Source: Phoronis australis (lineage: Eukaryota; Animalia; Phoronida). From it: a DNA stretch of 64,000 nt. Of this stretch, positions 23,746-36,873 are shown piece after piece. Location of the stretch: contig NMRA01000018.1 of assembly GCA_002633005.1 (NCBI GenBank), positions 1,065,531 to 1,129,530 on the forward strand, given 5' to 3'. Numbering within the stretch: the first letter of the stretch is position 1; each line of letters opens with the position of its first letter. The position numbers were made by a program, and so were the translations under genes. The notes under the pieces are model-generated. The model did no database searches. It was given only the letters and a program-made list of their open reading frames with translations, and had not been told where the DNA came from.

Positions 23746-26700
23746 TGTTGTTTATAACGGTTGACTATTTTTAGGAGTACTTAGCGTTTCATGAGGGATG
23801 GCAATGCCATGAAAAGGACAATGCCAAAAAATAAATGTGTTACAATTACCCCCCATGGTGTTACAACGGTAAGTCACAATGTGCCTCAAACATTGGGGGT
23901 TCTAACACCACACATAACTTTATGTAACATGCAGGTAAACAGACTTTGGGTGCAAGATTTCACTATTCACCATGTCGGGGAAAGTTTGAATTACCCTCAT
24001 GCTTTAAAATTTCAAATTAAAGATAGACTAGAGGAAATGCTCAGTGACATTTAAGTGAAAATAATACAACTAGTTCCACTGCCCCCTAGCTTGAAAATGG
24101 GAAGATATTTTTCATTTCTTGAAATTTATGCTTATTTAACAACATGTGGCACTGTGTATTACTCAGAGTGAACTAAACCTTCCAAAATGGAGCGACATTC
24201 AAGAGCAACGCGGACGACAAACACAAAAAGTTAGCCATGTTTTTTGCGTATTGCATTCTGAATTGACCAGTTTTGTGCATATGCTCAAAAATATACCAGG
24301 TATCAGTTTTCTAGCCTTGGCTGGCCACTTTAGTTGCCACATATATCTTTGTGCAGCTAAACTCGATGCACTGAATAAGAACTGGCAATTTGCCAGAGTG
24401 CAATTCCCTGACACAGAGATATTAATTGCGTTATTAGTTGAAATCTAACTTAGGGTCATGTAGCGTTTTCTGTTATTGCTTTTGCCTGTAATTATTATTT
24501 TGTGTAATTTATCATCTTATCAAGTTATTGTTTTTAAAGATTTAGTCCGTAGTTTTAAGTACAACACACGGCGTTCCATGTGTTTTCTTTGCCATTGAAC
24601 CTGGTTTATATAATGCTATATTATCATACCACTTAAAAATTATTTCATTTTTATAACATTGACACTGTCAAACTCACCAGTTTTTATTGTTCTGAACAAT
24701 GCATTTCTATTAACGACATATTCCGTGCACTCTAATCACAAGTTACTTTGTAATACCTATTATAAACACATTAAAATTCAAAGGCCTAAGTTGGTTCTAG
24801 TGTGTTGTTTTTGAAAATCAAGTTGGTATAGTTTTTTTTTAGGCGCTCACTTTTTCAAACTTGAAAATCAACCTGAGCCAAGCACGAATAATGCGGGATA
24901 CGTTTTTTAAACATCGTGTGGCAAATCGTGACATTTCAAACCTTGCTTATATGCCTTTGTGTAGTTTTTCAAAAATAACAGACCATGGCTGAAATTGATG
25001 GGGTCAGGGATCTTTTTTATTTTTAGTTGGCGAGCAAAGATCTCAAATCAGTCAGGATACAGACCAGAAACAGTTTTGGCTAAATGTTATTTTCGTAGCA
25101 GATTAACAAATTGAAACTGTTCAAGAATCATCACCATCTTCTAAAGTGTGCAAAACATAATTTGGTTCCTCGTAAACTGCTTCCTCCCAACCTCCCAAAG
25201 TGCACAATACTGTGATATTTTTACATAGATACTGTACTTGTCTGTCAGCCATTATTATAATGCCTAGATATTCCCATCAAACATCCAAGATGGCAATATT
25301 AAAGCTGTTGGTTGTTTTGTCATATAATCTAATGATGTAAAAAAAATATAAATAATTTAAAAAGTGCTGAATTTTGTTTCGTTGCATCATCATTTTTATG
25401 ACATCAAAAGCATGTGTGGACAGCAATCTTCAAACGCTTTCTGCCTAAAGTGCATGTTTTGAGCACCTTGTGGAGACATTCAGGAAGCAATCACTATGGT
25501 GATTGACCATGTGATCCCAATGGTTCTTATTCACCATTCAGCTGTATCAGAAGGTTCTACTTTGTAGCACGTGGCACGTGACTTCTGGAAAAGACCTTTT
25601 CATAGTGTTTGCAAATAGTCGTAAGGCGTTTTAAATACGAGTTAAATTGCCTCGTTCTTTAGAGGGCGCTAGTATCCGGTCCTGCTTGACCAGTTGCAGT
25701 GTTGTTACTTGGTCTTCCACTGTGAACTGTTCTTTAATGCACTTTATTATTGCAATCCAAAATCTTAATCACACTCAACATTGAGAACATGCTTTGTGCA
25801 CTTCCAAAAGCACATTGTAATAATTGAGATGATCTTTCATGCCTAACTTAAATTATATTTCAACCGCTCCTGAATGAATCTCACTTCCTACTTCGTGCTA
25901 AATCTAAAATGTCACTTCGCTGCAGATCGTGTCAGATGCGAATTTTTATGGATTTTTTGCCGACTGTATTCATTAGGATTGTCTGGTAGGTACTAATGGG
26001 TAATAGTAGTTCTTCACCTGTTTCGCACACAATATTCACTACTTGCACACTTTGGTGGCGCTGTAAAAATGATTGTTGTCCATTGTTTAGGACACAATGC
26101 CTTGTTTTAGCATCAATTGTAACAATGCAAACGTGAGAGCATGTGGGTTCCAAACATGCAGAACCATGATTGTAGTTGGGACATAACGCCTCGTTTTCAA
26201 GTATGGTGCATTTGTGCAAGTAGTGAATGGCGACATGGACTAGGAAATTCTTGGTGTCTTGTTGGTTTGAACTATGCAGATGGCATAAAACAATATTTGC
26301 TTAAAGCTCTCACTATCTGCAACGAGATAATCAGCCTTTTAAAAAATGGAAAAATGTCAATTTTGGCAATGATTTTTCGTGCAAATTAAGCAGAGAATTA
26401 TCGTACTTCACAAAGTCGGAAGTTTTCATAATTTCCCACATTCACTTAATCCTCTTTACATGAGAACCAGCTGGCAAATGTTCTGGGGGCCTTTGCTGTA
26501 TGCCCTGTTGGCAGTGATCCACTCATTTGGTAATGGAATTCACCTGGCCATTAAAATAAGTGCAATTTGAATATCTTTTTATCTAGTTGCTCATCTCATC
26601 ACAAAGAGAAGGGCAGGTAAATGTCTAATTTCACTAATGTCTCTTTGTTCAACGAGATATAACGAAAGCTCAGATCTAACTGAAATTGAAGAAAGCATGC

Positions 26701-27932
26701 TGTCATTAATTTCCATTTCTTTGAACATTATTTTTGTACTAGAGTCCTTATTGGCTGTAGCTAAGATCCGCTACACATACCATGCTGTGGTTTTCCTTGC
26801 TGTGTCGAATTTCTGTAGTCATTCTTACAGCACTTGAAAATCCAGATTTAATGAATTTATTAGCTGTCATTTGAATGTATTATGTTATGTAGACATGGAC
26901 AGGGAAATGAGGTTAATTTGAAAACGGCACTCAAACTAGGGCCGCTCATACGTGTGTGCGTGTGTGCATGTGGGTGTAGGTTTTGTCCAGGCTTCTCACT
27001 GATATTTGAAACTTTGTAAAAATAAAGCTGTAGTATGGATTTAAAATCTTTCCATACTGACTATGTAAACATTGAGTCATCTCTTTCAGCCTATCGCCAG
27101 GCCATTCAATCCTGTCCCTGAAAATCAGTCATATGTTCATTTTCATTGGGAAACTTACCAATCAGTCAGATTGCTAGACACACCAGCCAGTCAGATTGCT
27201 ATCTCTCTGTGCATCTAGTATAAATTTATCTCCATGAAACCTGAATGATTTCTGCACATGTGTTCTGGAATTGCTTTTCATTTCCCTGAGTCCACTCAAA
27301 TTACTATGTTGTGACAGGATCACAGGTCTCAATTTACCTGTTACCTGATTCTAGTGAAATGGCTGTCTTACTTATTTTCCCGAGAATTCCATGAAGGCCA
27401 AGACTATGGCAAGGGTTCCTGCTTGTGTATTTACCACAAATGTTACTAATAATTACCCACAACCCTGGATAAGTACATAGTTAATAAGTCTTAATGGCAT
27501 TCCCCTGTTATGATAACTTCTGACTTCATGTGTTTTTTTTTCGCTTTGTGAACTGTAGTCTAAATTTCCTGAACTTTGTTGATAAATTAACGAGATCAGT
27601 CCAGCAAGTGCTAAGTTGTAATATGCATCAGGGGCAGTGTCTTCAATAACACTATGAAGTACCCCAAGTCATAATAAGTGTATATTTAGCACTTGTTATG
27701 TAGTACTGTGCAGTAATTACTAAAATTATTATTGTACAGCACATACCAAAAACAATCAGATAAAATGACAGGTAATTCCTTATGACTGCTTAATGAGTGC
27801 AAGTGGAACTCCCCGTCATGGAGGCTGCGTGCAAGCAATACTCACCTTAGATTTAGCTAAAATTACTTGTGATGGGGATATAGTGTTTTGTATCATTACT
27901 TTTGTGGTGTTCTGTTACGTACTATCAGTATA

Positions 27933-28420
27933 GGCCCTTTCTGAGCGTCTATGTAAACTGCAAACTTAATTGAATTGTTCATACCTGAGCTTCGGTAGTT
28001 AGGGGCATGGAAGTAAATGGTAGGTGAAGCTGCCGTTATCGAAGTAATCACAAGAAGGCACTGATGCATCCTGTGCATGCTAATATTTTTTAATGTGACA
28101 ATTTCAGAACATTTGCGTGACTGTTCCAATTGACATAAAACTTATTTCAAATTTCATTGGTGATTATTCTAACAAATTTATAAGCAACAATAGCGACGAC
28201 ACTGCCCTTTAATTGTTGATGATAGCAGTGGCCCCTGGGGGTAACTTCGATGACTCCGGAGTTGACTGCTCATACTACACTGCAGCGTCGACGCTTCACT
28301 GTTAATTCCACCTGTTTACTGCGAAGTTAACTAGTGCTGCTAAATTCGACCGAGGACTGAAGTTAACCGTTCATACTAACCCCAACTCCCCAAAACATGG
28401 ACTGTCGAAGTGAAAGGGCC
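27933..28420. mobile_element. PIF/Harbinger-like MITE (GGCCCTTTC termini)
   Basis: TIR ggccctttc / gaaagggcc, TWA-like flanks (ata/tta); inverted relative at 60904-61473. Confidence 0.8.
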
Positions 28421-29107
28421 TTATGATTCCTTATTGAATGAATTCATTTATTTATTATGATGACATGTTTTAAACAGTTTTAAATAAATTTTACAATATT
28501 TGAAAAATAAAACTCAGTCCATAGGATTTACAAGTCATTGTTATCAATGAAACAAAATGAACATCGTCTGCATTTCAAAAATCCACGATGTGTAGAACAG
28601 GTTAACCATTAAAAATTACATCATACAAATAAAAAAATTGTCAGAAAAATTGTTACCTTCATTAGAAAGTGTTCTTCAGAAATCAATGACACACAGAATG
28701 AATTTCATTTTCTACGGCATTGAGATTACTGACAACAGGATAACCTATGTTCTGGCTCAGTATTTGTGTATCTGCCAAATCTGAGCTGATAAAATAAAGA
28801 CCTCCAAACTTAGGTAAACCAGAATATAATATGTAGTCTTCAGTTTTCAATATGTTGATAATATCCAACTTGTCCATGACTTAGTTGTATTTACAAATTA
28901 ACCCCACTCACCCAGGTCACCAGCAGATAGCCCATTACCACACCCTTTGTGTTTCCAATTTTCCATTGCAATAAACCTAATCTGGTAGAAATAACTACAT
29001 GCCCACTACTTTCTAATGAAGATTTACATGCTCACTTAACTACAACTATAAGTCTTTATGAATAGGCATGACTTTCTGCTTTGCTGGGGATACCTTGCTA
29101 TCACCAG

Positions 29108-30386
29108 TGGCCAGTTGCATGGAGCAGTCCCAAATAGGGACTCAGCTAATATCCCTAAATTTTTGCATATGTGTGTCTTTATGGACTCACAGATGCAACA
29201 TTTTTCTATCATTTCATCTTTATTATGAGTTCCTTTTTGGTTAATGACATTTTCTAATAATATAACTAAAAACGAGCCCAGAGTTCGTTGAAAATAAATA
29301 AGGACTCAGGGAGTGTTGCATGAAAAGATACCTACTTATCGCACTCGTCTTGGTTACGGACCATGCTCGGCTTACCGCCCACCACCGAAAATTTCAACTT
29401 TTCATTTTTAAGCGCCCATGCTCGGCTCTGCCCACCCCCAATTTTTCATGATTGAGACTTCCGTAAAAGTATCTATGCTTCTGTGAACGTTCGTCGCACA
29501 AAATTAAGATTCCAAAACGTGTGCAACTCGCTTACCTTTCTGTGACAATCACTCAGTTTTAGCGGAACCAGGACCTTGCCTTACTATGGCGGCAAAATAC
29601 CCGTATTCTCCTGCTCTTTACTGAAGGAGACACAATTGTTTCCTTTGGCTCACGCGTGGAACTCGTGTCGGCATGTACTGATCACTGAGACAGTGCATGT
29701 TGAATGTATTTCATTTGCTGTAGAAGAACCAACAAAGCAGTACTAGACAGGAATATCACATCCGTGGCCAACCTTTCTGTGATTCCTCATGACAGTACAC
29801 AAAACATAACCACCCTAAGAAAAAGACATGGTCCATAATGTGACAAGCCAACTTGTGTCGCTGTTTCGGTCTTGGTTAAACGCATGTTTTTGATGACTTT
29901 CGCTCATGACATCAAAATGGAAGTGCCCAACCAAAGGCTGAAGAGCAAAAAAATCAGCTTGTCTTTAGCGCAAGTCAAACATTCTGTCCACGTACCACAT
30001 GGTCAAAAACTTATTTTTGAACTTTTGATTTGCCTGATGACTTTTTACAAGATGTGTTTTTGCTTCATTATTTTGGCAGTTGACCGAAAACCCCATTGCC
30101 TATCTTCCAATTGTTGAGCACATGCTTTGAACAACCGCGGTGTTGGCTTTGAACTCGAAAAGAAATATCCAATATAAAATGTTACGCTGTTCAAAGTATT
30201 CAATAAGAAGACCTGTCAATCATTAGCATGTGCTTGGTTGCCTAAGTGTCCAGCGGTAATCAAATCTTTGCACAATAAAGTGCTTCCCTTAAAAATACAC
30301 CTCGAACTAGCGGAGTCCAAAAATACGCAGTAGATTTAGGGAACTTAGTCGAGTCCCTATTTGGGACTGTTTCATGCAACCGGGCA
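29108..30386. mobile_element. ~1.28-kb non-autonomous Harbinger-like element with CAG TSD
   Basis: ~55-70-bp TIRs (tggccagttgcatggagcagtcccaaatagggactc / revcomp tgcccggttgcatgaaacagtcccaaatagggactc); CAG at 29105-29107 and 30387-30389. Confidence 0.85.
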
Positions 30387-31080
30387 CAGAATTCCTTTGG
30401 TATCCCGAGGGACAAAAGCACCTAGCCTAACCTAGTCTCGGTGCAAAAATGGTCTGTGAACATTATTCCCGTGCCATGCTATTTTGATTTTGTCTTAATA
30501 ATACCATCCCTCCTATCTGCCTAAAAATATCAAACAGAATTGAAGTCATAGATTCTATATCACAAAAGCATTCTTCTTACTATAGATTAAAATAAACTCC
30601 AGTTTTGCTGACCAATTTTTACCACTTAGACTGAGATCCTAATAAAAAATCCCAATCAAAATTTTTTTAGTCTTACTATTAGAAAAATCTTTGATCCACC
30701 CAACTGAGCATTTTTTTAATTGACACTTAACACGCTGCTTAAACTCACAATCATGTTTATTGAGCAGTGCATAAACTCGTATGTTCTCATTTGTTCTAGA
30801 TTACCAATGAGACATCTGGGTTAAGGCTACCTAAAACATTGAAAGTTATGTTTGCAGTGGATAATTTTGATTGTTTCGAGCATCATCATCTGTACAGTAA
30901 CTTGACGCATGATAGTATCATGACATAACGTATGGCCTCGAAATTCGCACTTTAGTGATTTTAGAATAAAACTCCTTAGATAAGGAAAACTGTCTGCGTA
31001 ATTTTCGAGACCGTGGAAAAGTGCAAAAGTTTACTGTTTCACAATGTAATGTGGAGTGTATGTCAGAAGCAGCAGTAAAA

Positions 31081-31358
31081 AGGTACCAAGTAAAGAGGGT
31101 ACCATGTAAGAGGGTACCACTTGAAGAGAATACCAAGTAAAGAGGGTACCAAGTAAAGAGGGTACCATGTAAGAGGGTACCACTTGAAGAGAATACCAAG
31201 TAAAGAGGATACCAAGTAAAGAGGGTACCATGTAAGAGGGTACCACTTGAAGAGAATACCAAGTGAAGAGGGTAGCAAGTAATGCGGGCACTAAGTTAAA
31301 AGGGTACCATTTTAGAATAGTACCAGTTAAGAGGGTACCACATAAAGAAGGTACCAAG
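31081..31358. repeat. Minisatellite of 15-16-bp GGTACCA monomers with a 63-bp higher-order unit (x3)
   Basis: aagtaaagagggtacc-atgtaagagggtacc-acttgaagagaatacc-aagtaaagagggtacc repeated three times, then degenerate monomers. Confidence 0.9.
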
Positions 31359-32229
31359 TTTGAGAATTGGATTGTTTTAGGACAATTTGTTGAAGAACCC
31401 TAAATCAACGTCCCCTTATTTTCTCTTGATCGTTATTGAAAATACAAATCTTGGGCGTATGTCAAATTTAGAGATCAACAATTTTCTATTTCAGAATCCT
31501 TTAAACGATCTTAAAATCTTCTAATTGTCCAGTTATCATTACGTACCTGAACATATTCTGTAACTAATATTTACTGTGGTATTTTAGGTTGCCGATTCCA
31601 TATTCCTCATTTCCTTTTCAGTAACAGGATATTGGCGATTAAGACCACCTTAGGTTATATAAAGTATTTCGTTTCTGGCACACATCGTTTGGCATTTGCT
31701 ATAAGCTGGTGATTTAGAGTTAGTGGATTTTGATCGGCTGTATGGTGGTGGCTATAAATCGTTTCTTTTCCGCATATGTTTTTGCCAATGACGTAGTCAA
31801 GGTCTTCTGCAGTATGTTAATCTCAAACACATGATTTTCTAGTCATAAATCTTCTGCAATGCATGATGCGCTGACAGGCACGGCTACAGTTTTGACTATA
31901 TTTAGAATGCAATAATTCCCACCTTAGCCAAGAAATTCATTACAAGAGCATTTTCTACCATTTTCGCATAGTGTCCAATAAGTTACTGGAAGGCATCTGG
32001 CACATCTTTTTAGAAGCATAGCTTGCAAATGTCTTACATGTAACATGGTGTTTCATTAGTTAATTTGTTTGTGGTTTGGTTACTTTTTGTAGAGGATTTC
32101 CGTGTAGAATTAGCTGTCTGGTGTAGAAAAGATGAACAGAAAAGCTGTCATAATGCATCAGACTTAATAATTCACTAGAATATTTGTGGTGAATGAGTGG
32201 AGTTGGAAGTAGACGTTACTTTTCTGTTT

Positions 32230-32593
32230 CCCAAATCAGAATCATGGTTGCAGACAGAAACATTGGTTGACATTTAAGCCAACTGTAGGATTTGGGACAG
32301 TCCCTTAAGAATTTAGGACATGGAAACTCCCCCAAAATTGAATTTTCTTGATTCTGGAAGTTGAAACAAAGGCAATTTTGGCATTCACCATATTTCTCAA
32401 ATTCAGACAATGTGTTTTCAATTTGCAGAGTGGGTAATTTTGCTGTTCTTCTGTTTTTTTTTTGAATTTGGGACAGATAATATCGTCTATATTTAGAATT
32501 TGGAACAGACAATATTTTCTGTTTTTGGGGCAAGTTCTGACCTTGAGTGAAATAATTAAATTTTCGCCGTCCCAAATTGGAGAATTTTTACTA
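32230..32593. mobile_element. EnSpm/CACTA-like MITE family member (partial)
   Basis: Repeated gaatttgggaca motif and ggcaattttggcattcac block shared with 42174-42418 and 57988-58160. Confidence 0.6.
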
Positions 32594-33098
32594 TTATAAT
32601 AGTATCTGTATTATTTTAGAGATGCTGTAAACCAGATTTTGGTGTTACAAACACCAAACCAATATTCCTGCAGTTCCTATCCGTTGTTTGAATTGAAATG
32701 GGTTATGCTGAAGGCCTCTGCCTCAGGTATTCACCTGACGGCCTTACTGCCATTGAGACTGACCCTAACCTGCCATTACAAGTAAATTTAGTTAATGGAC
32801 TTGCTGTTTAGTAACAATCAGCTGAATGTCAGCTCTTCTCAAGCCCAGAAAGCGTTTGTAATCCGACTAAGCAACAAGATGAGAGGGATTCTTTATCTCA
32901 GCACATGACCTAAATCAACGTTGTTTTATGCAGAAGGCACGGGTTTGTTGTTGCTTTAAGGATTAAGTGTTGCACTTGGAAACAAGTTTTCAGAATATAA
33001 ACGGACAGTTTGAATTATACAATCCAATGATGAATCGAGACTGAATATTTGCTACAAGACTTGTTACTCCTTTACATCGTATGAATATTCCATTGTAG

Positions 33099-33198
33099 CA
33101 ACTTCTTAAAGAGTTGGAGAGTGAGCGAGAACGGAGATGGAAGGCTGAACAGGCTGCCAAGAAACTTGTCGACCATATTAGTGAGCTGAAGACAAAAG
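33099..33198 (+). CDS. LRRCC1: LRRCC1-like coding exon (QLLKELESERERRWKAEQAAKKLVDHISELKTK)
   Basis: cattgtag acceptor, ag|gtgaga donor, 100 nt. Matches the recalled vertebrate LRRCC1 motif LDQEREKRWRAEQAENKL. Confidence 0.92.
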
Positions 33199-33206
33199 GT
33201 GAGACT

Positions 33207-34100
33207 ACTGAGCGTGTCTGTGAGCTGAAAGTGAAGGGTAGTGAAGACAACACTGTTAGGTAACTGAGCGTGTCGTGTGAGCTGAAAGCGAAGGGTAGTG
33301 AAGACAACACTGTTAGGTAACTGAGCGTGTCTGTGAGCTGAAAGCGAAGGGTAGTGAAGACAACACTGCAAGGTAACTGAACGTGTCTGTGAGCTGAAAG
33401 CGAAGGGTAGTGAAGACAACACTGTTAGGTAACTGAGCCTGTCTGTGAGCTGAAAGCGAAGGGTAGTGAAGACAACACTGTAAGGTAACTGAACGTGTCT
33501 GTGAGCTGAAAGCGAAGGGTAGTGAAGACAACACTGTTAGGTAACTGAGCCTGTCTGTGAGCTGAAAGCGAAGGGTAGTGAAGACAACACTGTAAGGTAA
33601 CTGAACGTGTCTGTGAGCTGAAAGCGAAGGGTAGTGAAGACAACACTGTTAGGTAACAGAGCTTGCCTTTGTTCTGAAAACGCATTTTTTGTGATAACAA
33701 AAATGTGAGAAAACTAAACGTGTTTGCGAGTTGAAAGTGAGGGTTTAGTGAAGAAAAAAATTTAAACAGCTGAACATATTTGTGAGCTCAAAGTCCAGGA
33801 TTAGTGAAGACAAATATGCGAGACAACTGAGCATATCTGTGAGTTGAAAGTGCAAGGTTTGTTTGAAACAACTCGGCATGTGTGTGAGCTAAAAAGAAAG
33901 GTTAGGGAAGAAAAATGTCTGAAAGAACTGAGTGTGAGTTGAACGTGCAGGTATTGTTTGAAACAACTGAGCATGTCTTTCAGCTGTAAGAAAAAGGTTA
34001 ACGAATACAAAAGTGTGAGACAACTGAGCAGTGTGCGAGTATAAAGTGCAAGGTCAATGAAGACAAGAATGTAAATTTGTTGTGATGATGAAGTGAAGGC
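33207..34100. repeat. 56-bp minisatellite (8 young copies 33207-33657, then decayed copies) directly after an LRRCC1 donor site
   Basis: Unit actgagcgtgtctgtgagctgaaagcgaagggtagtgaagacaacactgttaggta; alternating A/B variants in later copies; older diverged units to ~34100. Confidence 0.92.
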
Positions 34101-35708
34101 AAAACTTTAAGGTACTCCAAAATCATGTCCATGAATGAAATACTTTAAACATGGTCTTGTTTTTGAGAGCATTGCCTTTTAAATTATCCCAATTTGAACT
34201 TTACTACGCATGCTGTCTTGTTTTATTATTCATTTTTTACAATAATTATTTTAATTCGGCTCATATTTTTAACTTTGACTGCAGTTATCGAGTTCAAAGA
34301 TTAGACCCAGGGCCCTGAACTTGAACAACGTTTGGGCTTGTTTCCTGAGCCTAGTCAGTTACAGCTCTATTGTAATGGTGTATGGCCATCACTAGGCGAC
34401 ATTGGATTCGCACTTAGTTGGCTTAGAAAAAAGAGCTGACAAAAACATTACGGCCATGCATATAAAATTTCTACTCCTTGATACTCAACCCGGCGCTATC
34501 AAAAGAAAATTGAGAAAAGAACATTATTTTGCCTAGCCACGTCCATCAAAAGTGATATTTAACATATAGTGAAAAACTGTAACTTGTCTGATAAAGCAGA
34601 GCTCTAATTACATGACTTAGCTCAGGCAGCAAGTGCTGTGAATCAATCTAAAAATGACATGTTTGTGAATTAAACGCTACCACTGTGTGACATGATGTCA
34701 GATGAAGCTACTACCTGTGATCAAATGTGATTACGTAATAGGGTGTCCCAAAAATGTTGACACAAATACTCTGAAGTACCAATGCCAGACAGTGGTTTTG
34801 CTTGGAAGTAATGGCATTTTTAGCATATTAGGATTCCCAGAGTTTTTTATTGAAAGACATAGAAGTTAGGGAAATTGCTGTGCTTGTTTTGTAGAATAAT
34901 GGCAAAAGGTACTATGTTTTTAGATTCTACACGGCTGATTGTCTTACAGCCTTCGTAAGCCAGTACTCAGCTCAAACAGAGCTGAAGGTTCCCTGAAAGT
35001 TTTTAACAGTGAAATGGACATAAATCCGAATGGAGAAAAAGGCTTGTTGAGCGTGCTGGTACCAACCGAATTAAATTCCCTGAGGATATTTAGGGGAACC
35101 ATAAATGGTCTTACCTTGTATATTTCGCCTCGCAGTAAATGTTTTCTGCCTTGGAGGAGTAACTTTGTTGAAAATCCTCGATATCTCCTCTGAAACTTCA
35201 GTTAAAATTTAACCTTGGTTGCCCCATGTTGTGCATCCCTTAGGCCACACCAAGTTGTAGGGGTTTGGTCAAAAACGTACTATGCATTTGTAAGGACACT
35301 TATTCGACAAAAATGCACCTCAATGTTTGAGGTCGTCACCAGAAAGTTGTGGGTGTATGGTATGATTTTCAAAAAACCTAAGGCTTTGTACCAGGGACTC
35401 TAAAACCGCACCATTTCGAAATGCACTCTTTCACAACATGATCCCAATAACGTGAACTTTCCCAAAACTAGACTCTAACGAAGGCGGAGTTCATTAAAGT
35501 GCACCTATTAGGGCTGAAATCATACCCTATTGGGTAACGCGGGTAACATACCCAGGCAAGAAAAGTGACCCTTTAATGGGAAATTTTGTCAAAACATCCG
35601 AACCCAACTTTCTGGTGAGTGCCCCCCCTCACATGGAGGTAGTAAGCTGGAATATCCTTTAAGACCCCTCTCTTCAATTCACATGTTCACTCTCCTTCCC
35701 AAATCTAG

Positions 35709-35827
35709 TGCAAGAAGAACATGAAATGCAACAGGTATCTATTAAGGCCATGTCCAGACTGAAGCAGGCACTGACCAATGAGAGAGAAGCAAAGCTACGA
35801 CTGCAGGATGACTGCACCAAGTTCAAA
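35709..35827 (+). CDS. LRRCC1: LRRCC1-like coding exon (VQEEHEMQQVSIKAMSRLKQALTNEREAKLRLQDDCTKFK)
   Basis: Pyrimidine tract plus tctag acceptor, aaa|gtaaga donor, 119 nt, phase 1 to 0, coiled-coil composition. Confidence 0.9.
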
Positions 35828-36373
35828 GTAAGAAGAAATTGCTCAAGCACTATCTGAATGTTTTGTTTGAAAACTTTTGTAATAATACCAGTTACATGGG
35901 ATTCAATGAAAAGAATTTTCAATTGAAGAGTAGAAGCTCTTAATTTTCTAACTGTCCGTTAAAATTGAATATGAAATATCAAGGATTGTATGTTAAGCTG
36001 GTTTTGAACATTTAATATCAAAGTTTTTGAGAAAATTTGGTATTGCAGAAGTTCATGGCGAGTTAATCCCCTGAGAGTTAGGATTCAGGGGGTTTTCCCT
36101 TTTAGTTGTAATTTTCAACTTTTATGACTGTCTTATGGTGAAGCTCACTCACATTTCATCGAATGACTGTTCATTTTTGATTGTGTATATTTTCTGAATT
36201 CATGATCAGTGAAGAGTGTGAACTCAATCTCGAAACATCAAGCAATCAGTCATAATGACATACTTGCCATTTTGTATGAAAAGTAACATTTTGCACTGAG
36301 CTTGAATTTCACAAAGAAAAATGCCAGCATCTTGATCTTGTATACAGAAACAATTTTTTGAAAAAAAACACTA

Positions 36374-36641
36374 CAGGGTGTCCAGAAATGAGCTCACACT
36401 TCAAATGACAATAGTTGAATTTTTATTATTGACTTGGAAACAAGGTTACTAGACTATGTTTAAATTCATATAGAAGTGATCAAAAAAGGAATTAAGTTTT
36501 TAAACCCAATCTTATTTATTTGCTTGGAAATGTTCTTTAAATTGCGCAGCAAGAACAAGTGGAAAGTCTGATCCTGACCACAGGAAGTGAACTTGAACTC
36601 ATGCCGTTGTACTGAAGTGAGTACATTTTTGGGACACACAC
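36374..36641. mobile_element. Mariner-like MITE
   Basis: TA|cagggtgtccagaaatgagctcacacttca vs revcomp of right end gtgtgtcccaaaaatgtactcacttca. Confidence 0.6.
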
Positions 36642-36738
36642 TTTTGTTAATGGACAAACAAATCATTTACAGTACTAACTAGAGTACTGAATTATCGATT
36701 AAGTATTCAATAGTTCAACCTCAATTGATGCTTTTAAG

Positions 36739-36873
36739 GATGATCTCGAAGAGGTAAAGAAGCGCCATAAAAGTTCAGTGGATACAGAAGAGAACCAGAA
36801 GAAAGCCATGCGTGCTTTGGAGGAGACAGCTGCCAAAATGGAGGCGGAGAGGGTGAAGCAGCAAGCTCACGAG
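36739..36873 (+). CDS. LRRCC1: LRRCC1-like coding exon (DDLEEVKKRHKSSVDTEENQKKAMRALEETAAKMEAERVKQQAHE)
   Basis: cttttaag acceptor (AAG type), gag|gtatgg donor, 135 nt, phase 0 to 0. Resembles LRRCC1 LRTLEKTLEKMERQKRQQQA. Confidence 0.88.

Noticed and set aside
25655-25675. CTCF-like site (tagagggcgcta)
   Set aside because: Only the 3' half of the motif matches; expected by chance or within repeats.
25932-26219. LINE reverse-transcriptase relic (CVLNNGQQS)
   Set aside because: No following QG.PLSP or YADD motifs.
33207-33657. CRISPR-like array
   Set aside because: Units are contiguous 56-bp tandem copies with no unique spacers, there are no cas genes, and it lies in a eukaryotic intron.
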